DNA of 64,000 nucleotides from Chloroflexota bacterium (GCA_019873685.1 JAIOAT010000001.1:324298-388297); one strand, 5' to 3'. Positions 8,853 to 18,995 are shown, numbered from the stretch's first letter. Translations and numbers: made by a program. Notes: generated from the sequence alone by a model not told the origin.

Positions 8853-10697
8853 ATGACCATTCACATTCTCCCTGAGATCGTCGCCGCGCAGATCGCTGCC
8901 GGAGAAGTCGTTGAGCGCCCGGCCTCGGTGGTCAAGGAGCTGGTGGAAAACGCTATTGATGCCAGCGCCGACCATATCCGCATTGAGGTCGAGGAAGGCG
9001 GGCAGCGCTTGATTCGAGTCAGCGACAATGGCCAGGGCATCCCCTCAGCCGATGTGGCGACTGCCTTTTTGCGCCATGCCACCAGCAAGATACAGACTCT
9101 GGCCGACCTGGATCACCTCCACACACTGGGGTTCCGGGGGGAAGCCTTGCATAGCATCGCCAGCGTCAGCCGTCTGACGCTGATCACCCGGCACCGCGAT
9201 GAGCAGGCCGGCACGCGGATGGTCATCGCTGGCGGCAAGACCCAGGATCAGCGGCCTGTTGGCGCACCAGCCGGCACAGTAGTGACGGTGGAAGACCTGT
9301 TCTTCAATACCCCCGCACGTCTCAAATTCCTGAAGAGTGCAACCACTGAGCGCCGCCAGATTACAACCCTGGTCACCAACTTCGCACTGGCCTATCCGGC
9401 CATTCAATTCTCCCTGTCGCATGACGGCAGGGAAGTCTTCCGTACCTATGGCGGGGGTAAGCTGGCGGATGTCTTGCCCTTGGTGCTTGGCGCTGAAGTC
9501 TTTCGCCACATGCTGGAAGTGGCACCGCTGCCAGTTAGCCGTCCCGATCTCCCGGAGATACAGGTTTCTGGCTTTGTATCTGCTCCCGATCATCATCACG
9601 CAAACCGTACACAGATCACCCTCTTTGTGAACGGCCGCCTGATTCGAGATGCAGCGCTGGCCTATGCAGTCACCCAGGCTTATCATACGCTCCTGCCACA
9701 GGGCCGTTATCCCATTGCCGTGCTCATGATCACGCTACCCCCTGACGAAGTGGATGTGAATGTCCACCCCACCAAGGCGGAGGTACGCTTTCGTAGCCCG
9801 GATGCCGTCTTTGCGGCCGTCCAGCGAGCGGTGCGCAGCACGGTTATCAACCAGGCTCCGCCACCGGAGGTCAGACCCCATTCGGATGTTCAATGGCGCA
9901 GCACGGCTTGGTCAGCACGCCGCGACCTGGCCGCTGTTCAGGCCGATTCAGGTGAATCTATTCGTCAGTCGCCCTTGGGTCTGGAGATCGATTCGCCAGG
10001 CTCCCATGGTCAGCACATGACCTCCGCACAACCGGATGTTTCTGGAGGTACATCGGACGATGAGGAGGCGTTTCTGGCTGGCATCCCTGAGGGTATAGGG
10101 CGCCCCAGTCAGCCGCGGACTCTGCCCATGTTGCGCGTGTTGGGGCAGGTTGGCGCTGCCTATATTGTGGCTGAAGGACCGGCTGGTTTGTATCTGATCG
10201 ATCAGCACGCTGCCCATGAGCGCATCCTCTACGAGCAGTTCCTGGCGGAAGCGGTCGCCCGGCGATCGATCGCCCAGCAGACACTGGATTCCGTTACGGT
10301 CGAACTCCCCCTGCGTGACATAGCGCTTATTGAGGAGAACCTGGAGCAGCTGGCCAGTCTGGGGTTTGAGCTGGAGCCGTTTGGCGCCACTACCCTGCGC
10401 GTCCGCGCTATTCCCGCCATGCTTGCCAGAACAGATCCGGCTCAAGCGGTGCAGCTGGTCCTGGCCGATCTGGAAGCCGGCGCTCCGCCCGGTCAGCGCA
10501 AGCTTGAAGAGATTATCGCGCTGCGCGTCTGCAAAGCAGCCGCAGTCAAAGCCGGACAGGTGCTCAGCTTCACCGAGATGCAGGCAATTATCCGCCAGCT
10601 TGAGCGCAGTCAGTCTCCCCACACGTGCCCGCATGGACGTCCTACCATGATCCACATCAGTGCCGAGCAACTGGCGCGCCAATTTGGGCGCACCTGA
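8853..10697 (+). CDS. mutL: DNA mismatch repair protein MutL
   Basis: N-terminal GHKL motif IAAGEVVERPASVVKELVENAIDA and DNGQGI. C-terminal dimerisation region ends in CPHGRP. Confidence 0.95.
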   Translation: MTIHILPEIVAAQIAAGEVVERPASVVKELVENAIDASADHIRIEVEEGGQRLIRVSDNGQGIPSADVATAFLRHATSKIQTLADLDHLHTLGFRGEALHSIASVSRLTLITRHRDEQAGTRMVIAGGKTQDQRPVGAPAGTVVTVEDLFFNTPARLKFLKSATTERRQITTLVTNFALAYPAIQFSLSHDGREVFRTYGGGKLADVLPLVLGAEVFRHMLEVAPLPVSRPDLPEIQVSGFVSAPDHHHANRTQITLFVNGRLIRDAALAYAVTQAYHTLLPQGRYPIAVLMITLPPDEVDVNVHPTKAEVRFRSPDAVFAAVQRAVRSTVINQAPPPEVRPHSDVQWRSTAWSARRDLAAVQADSGESIRQSPLGLEIDSPGSHGQHMTSAQPDVSGGTSDDEEAFLAGIPEGIGRPSQPRTLPMLRVLGQVGAAYIVAEGPAGLYLIDQHAAHERILYEQFLAEAVARRSIAQQTLDSVTVELPLRDIALIEENLEQLASLGFELEPFGATTLRVRAIPAMLARTDPAQAVQLVLADLEAGAPPGQRKLEEIIALRVCKAAAVKAGQVLSFTEMQAIIRQLERSQSPHTCPHGRPTMIHISAEQLARQFGRT

Positions 10698-10773
10698 CCC
10701 TGCTCAGCCTGCCCTCTCGTGTTTATAATCCTGAACAGTCTGGGCATGTGATGCCAGGAGGCCACAAAAGGAA

Positions 10774-11130
10774 ATGTCGAAGATCAGAGTCGCTGTGGCA
10801 GTGTTGATCAGCCTGATATCCTTGTCGGCCTGTGTGGGACGCACAGCGGTCATCTTCGACAATCAGACGGTATGCAACAGCATTCGTGTCGAACTGACCA
10901 ATGATCAGACTGGCGTCACTGAAGTCTATGCGGTACTGGCTGGCGAGACTCTGACCGTCGACGTTCAGCCCAACACCACCTATACCTACTATATCGATTA
11001 CTCAGCAGGGAACACTCCCGGCGCGGGAAATCAGTGCTCCGGCGAATACCGCGGCCAGGTGACCGTGCCGCTTGGCGCCTCGCAGCGGTTCAGCCTGACC
11101 GTAGCTACCCCTACTCCGCTTACGCCATAA
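10774..11130 (+). CDS. Small putative lipoprotein, 118 aa
   Basis: Signal peptide with lipobox-like LSAC, then a beta-rich mature part. SD AAAGGAA precedes the ATG. Confidence 0.6.
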   Translation: MSKIRVAVAVLISLISLSACVGRTAVIFDNQTVCNSIRVELTNDQTGVTEVYAVLAGETLTVDVQPNTTYTYYIDYSAGNTPGAGNQCSGEYRGQVTVPLGASQRFSLTVATPTPLTP

Positions 11131-11167
11131 CTCCCTGGCGAAGGCTGATATCCAGACAGAGCCGCTG

Positions 11168-12244
11168 TCAGGGAGAGCTAGTCCACTGGAAGGGCCGTTG
11201 TTCTCCAACGGCGCCGACCCGGAAGGCGACATTGTCATTGCCCACCCGGACAACTTCAACTTCCCAGATCATCTGATGTGCCTGAGTGTCGGTTGGCTGA
11301 AGGTCGGCAGGTAGCGTTAAGGCATTGTTCCGGGTGAATTCCGTGTATACAACGCCACGTGTCGTATCGGTTACTGTCACTTGATACAGCTCATCGGGCT
11401 GCAGCACACCTACCGAGACCCAGCGCAGGGTCAAGGGGCCGCCGGCGATGATGCTGCCTGCCGCCGGCCATAGCAGTCTGACCGGGCCAGGGGTGGGAGT
11501 CGGCGTTGCCGTTTCAAAGCCAGACGGTGTGGGCGAGAGTGTGGGCGTCGGAGTCGGCATAGGTACGACCAGTTCCTGGCCGATGCTCAACTGTGGATTG
11601 CAGTTCTCCCCGCCACTGGCGATCGTGAAATCACAGCCAAACCAGAACAGCTGAGGATTCAGTTCGGCCAGGATAGCCATTGTGGTGTTGTACTGAAGGG
11701 CGATCCCGATGATCGTCTGTCCTTCCTGAACCGTGTGAATCATTGTCAGTAACGGCGGCGTGGCGCTGGGCGGATTGCGGGCGATGACTGTTGCGGTAAG
11801 TTCGCCACCCGGCGGTGTGGGTGAGGACGTGGGACGCGGGATCAGGATCACCGATCCGGGGGGTGGCAGGCGATCCGGGTTCGGCACGTTCGGGTTCATC
11901 GTTACCACGACGCTCAACACGTCTAGGGAAAAGTGCCCGTATTGCTGTACCACCGCGATGAGTTGATCATTCGGCTGGACCACATGTTCGTACGGCCCCG
12001 GGGTGTCGGTGATTGTAGGGGTAGCAGAAGGCGTCACCGGCGTGGGCGTGCTGGCAGGGGTAATCTGAGCAATGGGTGGTGGTGTAGCGGTCGCGGTAGC
12101 GGTTGCCGAGGGCACTACCTGCTCAGTAGCCGTCGGAGACACGGTTGGCGCCTGCGGTGTCTCCACAGCCAGGGCAAAGTTGCAGCCAGCCAGCAATAAC
12201 GCACAACCAAGCACAGCTAGCAATGTTGCACGCGATGTACGCAT
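11168..12244 (-). CDS. Lipoprotein with PT-rich linkers, two LysM domains and an uncharacterised C-terminal domain
   Basis: Lipobox LLLAGC. LysM-like segments YEHVVQPNDQLIAVV... and HTVQEGQTIIGIALQYN.... Paralogous to the next gene. Confidence 0.8.
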   Translation of the reverse strand: MRTSRATLLAVLGCALLLAGCNFALAVETPQAPTVSPTATEQVVPSATATATATPPPIAQITPASTPTPVTPSATPTITDTPGPYEHVVQPNDQLIAVVQQYGHFSLDVLSVVVTMNPNVPNPDRLPPPGSVILIPRPTSSPTPPGGELTATVIARNPPSATPPLLTMIHTVQEGQTIIGIALQYNTTMAILAELNPQLFWFGCDFTIASGGENCNPQLSIGQELVVPMPTPTPTLSPTPSGFETATPTPTPGPVRLLWPAAGSIIAGGPLTLRWVSVGVLQPDELYQVTVTDTTRGVVYTEFTRNNALTLPADLQPTDTQAHQMIWEVEVVRVGNDNVAFRVGAVGEQRPFQWTSSP

Positions 12245-12255
12245 AACGGCGTTCC

Positions 12256-13638
12256 TTATCGGCTATCCCAGAAAAACCGGCGGCTCGGCGTGCTGAAAGT
12301 AATGGAGGACAGTCCGCCACGGCCATCAGCAGGCCCCACAGCCACCTTCCAGGTGAACTGATGCCGCTGCCCGTCCTTTGGCTGCCATTCATCCGGCAGG
12401 ATGACCATCGTCTCACGGGACGTCAGGGCATAGGTTGTGTTCAGGGTGTCATCGGTTACTGTGACCAGATACAGGTCTGCCGGGCCAAGCACACCGGATG
12501 CAGTCCAGCGCAGGGTTACAATTTCATTGGCGCGGAACAGATAGCGATCCCCAGGGGAGTACAGAGCCGGCGCGTTGAATGTCGGTGTTGGCGTCGGCGT
12601 CGGCGTCTCACTGCCGGAAGGTGTCGGGGAGAGCGTCGGGGTCGGCGTTGGAGCGGGCACACGCAGCCGCTGTCCTTCGTAGAGCTGTACAATGCAACTG
12701 GCTCCGCCAAAGTCCTCACCAAAGTCACACTGCGAGAACGTCACCTCCGGGTTCAGCTGGGAGAGAATCTCTACATTGGCGTCAAATTTCAGGGCGATCT
12801 CGATGATCGTCTCTCGTGGTTGCACGGTGTACCACATCACCCCCGGCTGGAGTGTCGCCGTCGGGATGACCTCGCTGATCGGGGTGAATGCTCCGGCGCC
12901 ACTGGCGGCCCCATCGTATGCCGTTAGATCAAGACTGCTCTTGCCCCCGGTGTCTGAAGATGGCGCGGCAGCGGTCGGTCCGGGCGTTGGCGTCGGCCAG
13001 GGGATGAGAATAACCTGACCAAGCTGCAGACTCTCCGCAGAGCGCAGGCCGTTCATCCGCAGGATTTCGTCGATGACATCGAGGTCTCGATGCCCGCAAC
13101 GGGTCGCTAGCATGATCAGGGTATCCCCCTGCCCTACCGTCTGTTCGCAGGGACCGGGTGTCTCCGTTGGCGACGGTGTCAGCGAGGGGGTGTCGGTTGG
13201 CGTCAGCGTTGGCAGGAATAGGGTCGGCAATGCTGTTGCGCCCGAACCTGTTTGCCCGCTGCCAGCCAGTGTCGGGATGGCCGTTGGCCTCCCTGGCCCC
13301 CCGGCAGGCACTGAACCGGTTTCTCCGCCCAATACACCTGCCAGAAGTACCACCGCCACAACCAGAGACACGACAAACACCCCTGACCCGATCAGACTCC
13401 ACCATGGGAATCCAAGCATATCAGGGGCATACAGGTCATCCTCGCCCTGATCAGAGTCGTAGGCGCCACCGGGCGGTATCTTTCCCCGAGCAAGAGCACG
13501 TGCAACTTTACCGCTAGGCGTGGCTCTACCGGCAAGCGAAGCCCCACAGACCGGGCATTCCCTGACCGTGACCGGGACCGCAGTATCACAGATTGGGCAT
13601 GTAATCTTGTCGGCCATTATTCGCCAGACTCCGGGCAA
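12256..13638 (-). CDS. Zn-ribbon / TM-anchored protein with two LysM domains and the same C-terminal domain
   Basis: N-terminal CPIC-x11-CPVC ribbon, one TM helix, PT-rich linker, two LysM segments. C-terminal LRWTASGVLGPADLYLVTVTDDT matches LRWVSVGVLQPDELYQVTVTDTT in the neighbour. Alternative start at 13617. Confidence 0.8.
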   Translation of the reverse strand: MPGVWRIMADKITCPICDTAVPVTVRECPVCGASLAGRATPSGKVARALARGKIPPGGAYDSDQGEDDLYAPDMLGFPWWSLIGSGVFVVSLVVAVVLLAGVLGGETGSVPAGGPGRPTAIPTLAGSGQTGSGATALPTLFLPTLTPTDTPSLTPSPTETPGPCEQTVGQGDTLIMLATRCGHRDLDVIDEILRMNGLRSAESLQLGQVILIPWPTPTPGPTAAAPSSDTGGKSSLDLTAYDGAASGAGAFTPISEVIPTATLQPGVMWYTVQPRETIIEIALKFDANVEILSQLNPEVTFSQCDFGEDFGGASCIVQLYEGQRLRVPAPTPTPTLSPTPSGSETPTPTPTPTFNAPALYSPGDRYLFRANEIVTLRWTASGVLGPADLYLVTVTDDTLNTTYALTSRETMVILPDEWQPKDGQRHQFTWKVAVGPADGRGGLSSITFSTPSRRFFWDSR

Positions 13639-13720
13639 ACAGCGCCATTATAACTGGCTGGCCCAATCCCGCCACAATGCCATCACTCTCCCCAAGGTTA
13701 CCCTGGCCAACGCACTTTCC

Positions 13721-14383
13721 TCAGCTACTAACTGTGTCGGCGATTCGATGCAGGATACCATCCCACGCAGCAACTGGCAGCGCCAGTAGTTCGCGCAGAT
13801 CGTACCAGCGAGCGTTACTGTATGCTCGCTGATCCGCCGGCACACCTACCGCATCGATGCCCAGCAGATCGCATGTGAACAGTGCGCGTGGCAGATGGAA
13901 GTTCTGGGTGATCAGGACAACCCTCTCTAGCCCGAACACGAATCTGGCCCGATAGCAGGTCTCATAAGTACGTAGCCCCTGATGATCGACAATGATAGCT
14001 TCTGTCGGTACACCGTGTACCTGAGCGTAACGGGCCATGGTCGCAGGCTCGTTATAATCAGCTGTGCGACCATCCCCGGACATGATCAGGCGGTCAACCT
14101 GGCCAAGCTGGTAAAGCCGGATGGCGGTGTCAAGGCGATCACGCAGCACGGTTGTTGGCTGCCCCTGGCGGACTGCCGCGCCAAACACAATCGCGGTGCG
14201 GTAACCGCCGTCTGGAGGCAGTTCCTCGGCGATTCGCGGCGCATAGCGCATCAACACCAGACTGCGTAACAGCAGCGGTGCCAGAGCCAGGACAACCACT
14301 ATAGCGACAAGCAGCACCATCAAGGACCTATGGTTCATCTTCAGACCAGTTATGATCATGCCCTTGACCGTTCGAACCCGCAA
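13721..14383 (-). CDS. SanA/YdcF (DUF218) family membrane-anchored protein
   Basis: N-terminal TM, then AIVFGAAV...DRLDTAIRLYQLGQVDRLIMSGDG...NEPATMARYA, typical of DUF218/SanA. Confidence 0.8.
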   Translation of the reverse strand: MRVRTVKGMIITGLKMNHRSLMVLLVAIVVVLALAPLLLRSLVLMRYAPRIAEELPPDGGYRTAIVFGAAVRQGQPTTVLRDRLDTAIRLYQLGQVDRLIMSGDGRTADYNEPATMARYAQVHGVPTEAIIVDHQGLRTYETCYRARFVFGLERVVLITQNFHLPRALFTCDLLGIDAVGVPADQRAYSNARWYDLRELLALPVAAWDGILHRIADTVSS

Positions 14384-14609
14384 ATCCAGGGCGAAGCGCT
14401 CACGCTTCTGTTCTACCGCCTGAACATGAGACAGAGATGAGGAATCCCCACCGGATCACGCCAGTTTTGATCGGCTGGCGAACGGCGACTATAATACGTG
14501 TGGCGCAGCGGCTATCATATCGTCCTTCTCTCCGCACTTGCCTTTGCGCCTGATCACCTTTTGCCAGAAGCGATCCACGTGACCGTAAGTCTCGCTCAGG
14601 ACTGTACCC

Positions 14610-15614
14610 TTGAAACTCGATATCTGGACGAATGACAGCGTCTTCACTGATTTGGCCGGCTGCTGGGATGCGCTTCTCCAGCATAGCCACAACAATCTGA
14701 TCTTTCTGACCCTGGAGTGGCAACGAACCTGGTGGGAAGCCTACCATCCGGGTGAATTGCATGTTGTCGTTGGAAGAGCTGATGATGGCGATGTAGTTGC
14801 CATTGCGCCCTGGTTCATTCAGCGCCGCGACAGCCAGAGCGTCGTCCGCACTATTGGCTGCGTGGATGTGACCGACTACCTGGACATCATCGTGAAGCCA
14901 GAGCATGCTGAGGATTTTCTGAGTGCTCTGGCTGATCACGTTTCCGGCCCGCAAATGCGCGATGTTGCGCTGCAACTGTGTAACATTCCTGCCGGTTCGC
15001 TGCTCCTCGAGCAGTTGCCTCCGCTGCTGGAAGCCAGGGGCTTTGCCACACAGGTTTCCCTGCAGGAAGTCTGTCCGGTCATCTACCTGCCGGATACATG
15101 GGACGATTACCTCAACCTGCTCAACAAGAAGCAGCGTCATGAACTGAGGCGCAAAATGCGCCGCGTGGGTGAGCAGGCTGACTGGTACATTGTCGATTCC
15201 CGCCACGATCTTCAAGCCGAAACCGAAACCTTCCTTCGTCTTATGGCCGCCAGTGCGCCGGAGAAGAGCGCATTTTTGGCCGATCCACAAAATGCGACGT
15301 TCTTCCGCCTGATCATCCCCCGCCTCTATGCTGCCGGGTGGCTGAGGCTTTGTTTCCTGACCATTAATGGCGAGCCGGCAGCAGCTTATTTCAACCTGGA
15401 CTACAACAACCGCATTCTGGTCTATAACTCCGGCCAGGATGTCGCGCAATATGGTAGTTTCAGCGCGGGGATTGTGCTGCTGGCCTATTGCATCCGCCAT
15501 GCTATCGAGAGCCGACGTGAAGTCTTTGACTTTCTCCGGGGGAACGAAACATACAAATATCAGTTAGGCGGCCAGGACACGCAGATCTTCTTGCTGAAGG
15601 CGCAGCGGGTGTGA
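14610..15614 (+). CDS. CelD/BioF2-like GNAT-fold acyltransferase
   Basis: C-terminal signature FDFLRGNETYKYQLGG and the overall CelD-like layout. Non-ATG (TTG) start, so the start is uncertain. Confidence 0.75.
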   Translation: MKLDIWTNDSVFTDLAGCWDALLQHSHNNLIFLTLEWQRTWWEAYHPGELHVVVGRADDGDVVAIAPWFIQRRDSQSVVRTIGCVDVTDYLDIIVKPEHAEDFLSALADHVSGPQMRDVALQLCNIPAGSLLLEQLPPLLEARGFATQVSLQEVCPVIYLPDTWDDYLNLLNKKQRHELRRKMRRVGEQADWYIVDSRHDLQAETETFLRLMAASAPEKSAFLADPQNATFFRLIIPRLYAAGWLRLCFLTINGEPAAAYFNLDYNNRILVYNSGQDVAQYGSFSAGIVLLAYCIRHAIESRREVFDFLRGNETYKYQLGGQDTQIFLLKAQRV

Positions 15615-15617
15615 GCT

Positions 15618-16913
15618 ATGACCAGAGCTATCCAGCGTATCGCCATGCTCAGCGTACACACCTGCCCTTTGGCGACACTGGGCGGCAAGAAGACCGGCGG
15701 GATGAACGTCTACGTCCGCGATCTCAGCCGCGAGCTTGCCCGGCGGGGCATAGCGGTGGATATTTTCACACGCAGCCAGGACCCCTGCCAGCCTCATATT
15801 AACGACACGCTCGCTGATGGCGTAAGGGTGATTCATGTCCCTACCGGCCCTGAGACACCGCTGGAAACTACTGCTGTCTATCCGCACCTGCCTCAGTTTG
15901 TGGATAACACACTGACCTATGCCGCAGACAATCAGCTCCACTACGACATCATCTACAGTCATTACTGGCTGAGCGGCTGGGTGGCTCATGCCTTGCGGGC
16001 TGTGTGGGGCGTGCCTGTGGCCCAGATGTTCCATACCCTGGGCCAGATGAAGAATCGCATTGCTGGCGAACCACCGGATTCATCACGTCAGCTGCGGGAT
16101 ATCCGGGTCTTTACTGAAACCGACATCATGTCCTGGGCCGATGTGCTCATTGCAGCAACGCCAGCCGAACGCGCCCAGATGCTCTGGCTTTACCAGGCCC
16201 CTCGTCAGAAGATCCAGATCGTGCCGCCGGGGGTAGACCTGACACACTTTCAGCCGATGGATCAGGCCGTTGCCAAGACTGCCATTGGCATTCCGCCGCA
16301 ACATCGCATGCTGCTTTTTGTCGGGCGGATTGAGAGGCTAAAAGGCATCGAGACTCTGCTGCAGGCAGTTGAACTGATCCGCAGCCACCACCCTGAGGCC
16401 CTGAGGGACGTTGACGTAACGATTATTGGCGGTGACCTTGCTGAAGCTGAAGAACCTGATTCGGAGCTAAGCCGCTTACAGGCGATGCAGCGAGAACTGC
16501 AGCTGCATGGCCTGGTTAGCTTTATTGGCGCCAGGGATCAGGATCGGTTGCGTTACTACTACAACGCTGCTGAGGCCCTGATTATGCCATCGGATTACGA
16601 GTCTTTCGGGATGGTTGCCCTGGAAGCCATGGCCTGTGGAACGCCCGTGATTGCCTCAGAGGTCGGTGGTCTGGCCTACCTGATTCGCGATGGTTACACG
16701 GGCTTTCACGTCCCCGTAAGGGAGCCAGAGGCGCTTGCCGACCGTATTCTCAGCATTCTGGAGCGCCCGGAGCTACGCGCCAGCATGAGCCAGAACGCTC
16801 GGCAGATTGCTCAGGAATATGCCTGGCCTCTGATTGCCGACCGCCTGCTGGAGATTTTCGCTGGTTTACCGGCCCCTGCGCCAGAGTCGCGCAGACCGTT
16901 AACCGCCGTATGA
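15618..16913 (+). CDS. GT4 glycosyltransferase, MshA/BshA-like
   Basis: N-terminus IAMLSVHTCPLATLGGKKTGGMNVYVRDLSRELARRG closely follows the MshA-type pattern. C-terminal GT1 core ESFGMVALEAMACGTPVIAS. Starts 3 nt after the previous stop. Confidence 0.85.
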   Translation: MTRAIQRIAMLSVHTCPLATLGGKKTGGMNVYVRDLSRELARRGIAVDIFTRSQDPCQPHINDTLADGVRVIHVPTGPETPLETTAVYPHLPQFVDNTLTYAADNQLHYDIIYSHYWLSGWVAHALRAVWGVPVAQMFHTLGQMKNRIAGEPPDSSRQLRDIRVFTETDIMSWADVLIAATPAERAQMLWLYQAPRQKIQIVPPGVDLTHFQPMDQAVAKTAIGIPPQHRMLLFVGRIERLKGIETLLQAVELIRSHHPEALRDVDVTIIGGDLAEAEEPDSELSRLQAMQRELQLHGLVSFIGARDQDRLRYYYNAAEALIMPSDYESFGMVALEAMACGTPVIASEVGGLAYLIRDGYTGFHVPVREPEALADRILSILERPELRASMSQNARQIAQEYAWPLIADRLLEIFAGLPAPAPESRRPLTAV

Positions 16914-17204
16914 GTTCGGGATATTGGACTGCACCGTGTCAATATAGGGTTCTTTTTCCAGCAGGGTGAGCACTTCCGCTTCGTTGAGCTTGCGCTGTCC
17001 TTTGTGATACAGCACATCATTGAAAGAGTCGTAGCGGTAACGCCTGCTTACCCAGCCGTAGGAGGGATGAAGAAAGACTACATTAAACAGGATTTCTTCT
17101 TTGTCAGCCGTCAGTCTCTCGCTTTCCAGCCACACCGGTGCATATTGCTGGAGGTGCGGGATTGCTTTGGCGTCGCGCTTTCTGCGAATCGTTTCCGCCG
17201 TCAT
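16899..17204 (-). CDS. Hypothetical protein, about 101 aa
   Basis: ATG at 17204 preceded by AAGGAG. No recognisable motif. Its 3' end overlaps the GT4 gene by 15 nt (convergent). Confidence 0.5.
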   Translation of the reverse strand: MTAETIRRKRDAKAIPHLQQYAPVWLESERLTADKEEILFNVVFLHPSYGWVSRRYRYDSFNDVLYHKGQRKLNEAEVLTLLEKEPYIDTVQSNIPNSYGG

Positions 17205-17319
17205 GTTGGCTCCTTCGCTATAGAACGGTGGTGGCCGCAAACAGCTTTATTCTAGTGAACCGCGCCCCCCGTAGCAATAGCCGGTTTGCGCCTGAATCAG
17301 CTTCAAGGAATGGTTCCCC

Positions 17320-18849
17320 ATGCCACGCGCGCTCCTGAGTGTTTCTGACAAGACTGATCTTCTCCCTTTCGCTCAGACTCTGACCGAACTGGGTTGGGAC
17401 CTGATCGCCAGCGGCGGCACGGCTGATGTCCTGCGCAGCCAGGGCCTAGCCGTTGTCCCCGTGGAGGTTGTGACCGGCCTACCGACCATGCTCGGTGGCC
17501 GGGTCAAGACTCTTCATCCGGCCATCCATGCTGGCATTCTCGCGCGGGACACCGAAGAGGATATGGCTGACTTGCAGCGCCATGGGTACGCGCCCATCAG
17601 CATGGTGGTCTGTAATCTTTACCCTTTTGAAAACACTGTTCAGCGTGCCGGTGTGACGCTCGAGGAAGCTATCGAAAACATTGACATCGGCGGCGTTGCC
17701 CTGATTCGCGCCGCGGCCAAGAACTTCCAGCGCGTGACGGTGGTTACCAGCCCGCAAGACTACGGGCAAATCAGCGCCTTGCTCCGCACGACTGGCGAGA
17801 TTCCACCTGAAGTTCGCCGCGAGCTGGCAGCTAAAGCCTTTGCCTATACTAGAAACTATGACACCGCTATCCATGCCTTCCTCCAGGCTGACTCGCCTGC
17901 ACTGGAACACCTGCCCGATTCGCTATCGCTGGGCCTTGTCCGGGTTGGTCAGCTACGCTACGGCGAAAACCCACACCAGGACGCGGCCTTCTATGGATTG
18001 CGTCCGGATGCCCAGCCGCTGAGGGGGGAACTGCTGGGTGGTAAGGAGCTTTCGTACAATAATCTCCTTGATCTCGACGCGGCCTGGCGAGCGGTTGAAG
18101 CTTTCAGCGATCCAACCACCGTGATCGTCAAGCATCAGTCGCCCACCGGGATTGCCACCAATGACACGGTTGCCCTGGCCTTTGGGCAGGCTCTGGCTTC
18201 CGATCCTGTTTCGGCATTCGGAGGAGTCATCGCGGTCAACCGCACTGTTGATGATGCCTTTGTTGCGGCGCTGAATGATCTCTTTATCGAGGCCATCGCG
18301 GCTCCAAATTTCGCCCCCACTGCGGTTGAGGCGCTTGCACGCTCGCGCAAGAATTGCAGACTGCTTCGGATGCTTCCCCTCTCGCAACCGGACCGCTGGA
18401 GCTTGCGAAGCATCCGGGGCGGTTTTCTGGCGCAGACAATTGACCCCGGTGATCCACCCGATGCCACCTGGAAGGTCGTCACCAAGCGCAAGCCCGCGCC
18501 TGAAGAGATGCTTACCCTGCGCTTTGCCTGGAAATGTGTGCAGTTTGTCCCGTCTAACGCGATAGTTCTAGCTCAATCCGGCGCTACAGTCGGTGTGGGC
18601 GGCGGCTTGCCCAGTCGGGTGGACGCGGCGCGGCTGGCTATACAGAAAGCCGGCGCCAGAGGTGTCGGGGCGGTGCTGGCTTCGGATGCCTTCTTCCCCT
18701 TCCCTGATGTTGTGGAACTCGCGGCGCAGGCCGGGATTGTGGCGATAGTTCAACCGGGCGGCTCTATCCGCGACGCCAGTGTGATCGAGGCCGCTGATTC
18801 CGCTGGCATTGCTATGGTCTTTACCGGAGTTCGCCATTTTCTGCACTGA
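17320..18849 (+). CDS. purH: Bifunctional AICAR formyltransferase / IMP cyclohydrolase
   Basis: MGS-like N-terminus ALLSVSDKTDLLPFAQ, KTLHPAIHAGIL, and an AICARFT domain ending VFTGVRHFLH. Confidence 0.96.
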   Translation: MPRALLSVSDKTDLLPFAQTLTELGWDLIASGGTADVLRSQGLAVVPVEVVTGLPTMLGGRVKTLHPAIHAGILARDTEEDMADLQRHGYAPISMVVCNLYPFENTVQRAGVTLEEAIENIDIGGVALIRAAAKNFQRVTVVTSPQDYGQISALLRTTGEIPPEVRRELAAKAFAYTRNYDTAIHAFLQADSPALEHLPDSLSLGLVRVGQLRYGENPHQDAAFYGLRPDAQPLRGELLGGKELSYNNLLDLDAAWRAVEAFSDPTTVIVKHQSPTGIATNDTVALAFGQALASDPVSAFGGVIAVNRTVDDAFVAALNDLFIEAIAAPNFAPTAVEALARSRKNCRLLRMLPLSQPDRWSLRSIRGGFLAQTIDPGDPPDATWKVVTKRKPAPEEMLTLRFAWKCVQFVPSNAIVLAQSGATVGVGGGLPSRVDAARLAIQKAGARGVGAVLASDAFFPFPDVVELAAQAGIVAIVQPGGSIRDASVIEAADSAGIAMVFTGVRHFLH

Positions 18850-18917
18850 TTGTCATACCTGCACAGGAGCAATTTCCTTAAAATTGTCGTCAGATGGCCT
18901 CCAGGGGCGACCAAATG

Positions 18918-18954
18918 TTGGCTTGTAGCACAAATCTGCATATACTAAATGCAG
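18918..18954 (+). promoter_or_regulatory. Promoter with an inverted repeat overlapping the -10
   Basis: TTGGCT (18918-18923), 17-nt spacer, TATACT (18941-18946). Inverted repeat CTGCAT-n7-ATGCAG (18936-18954) spans the -10 hexamer. Confidence 0.45.
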
Positions 18955-18995
18955 CAAACCTTTTATTTAGCCAATGTGCATAAAGGAGAGAAGCT

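Noticed and set aside
14400-15500. 366-aa ORF antisense to the CelD-like gene
   Set aside because: It overlaps a better-supported plus-strand gene that is tightly coupled to the GT4 gene. No motif or SD.
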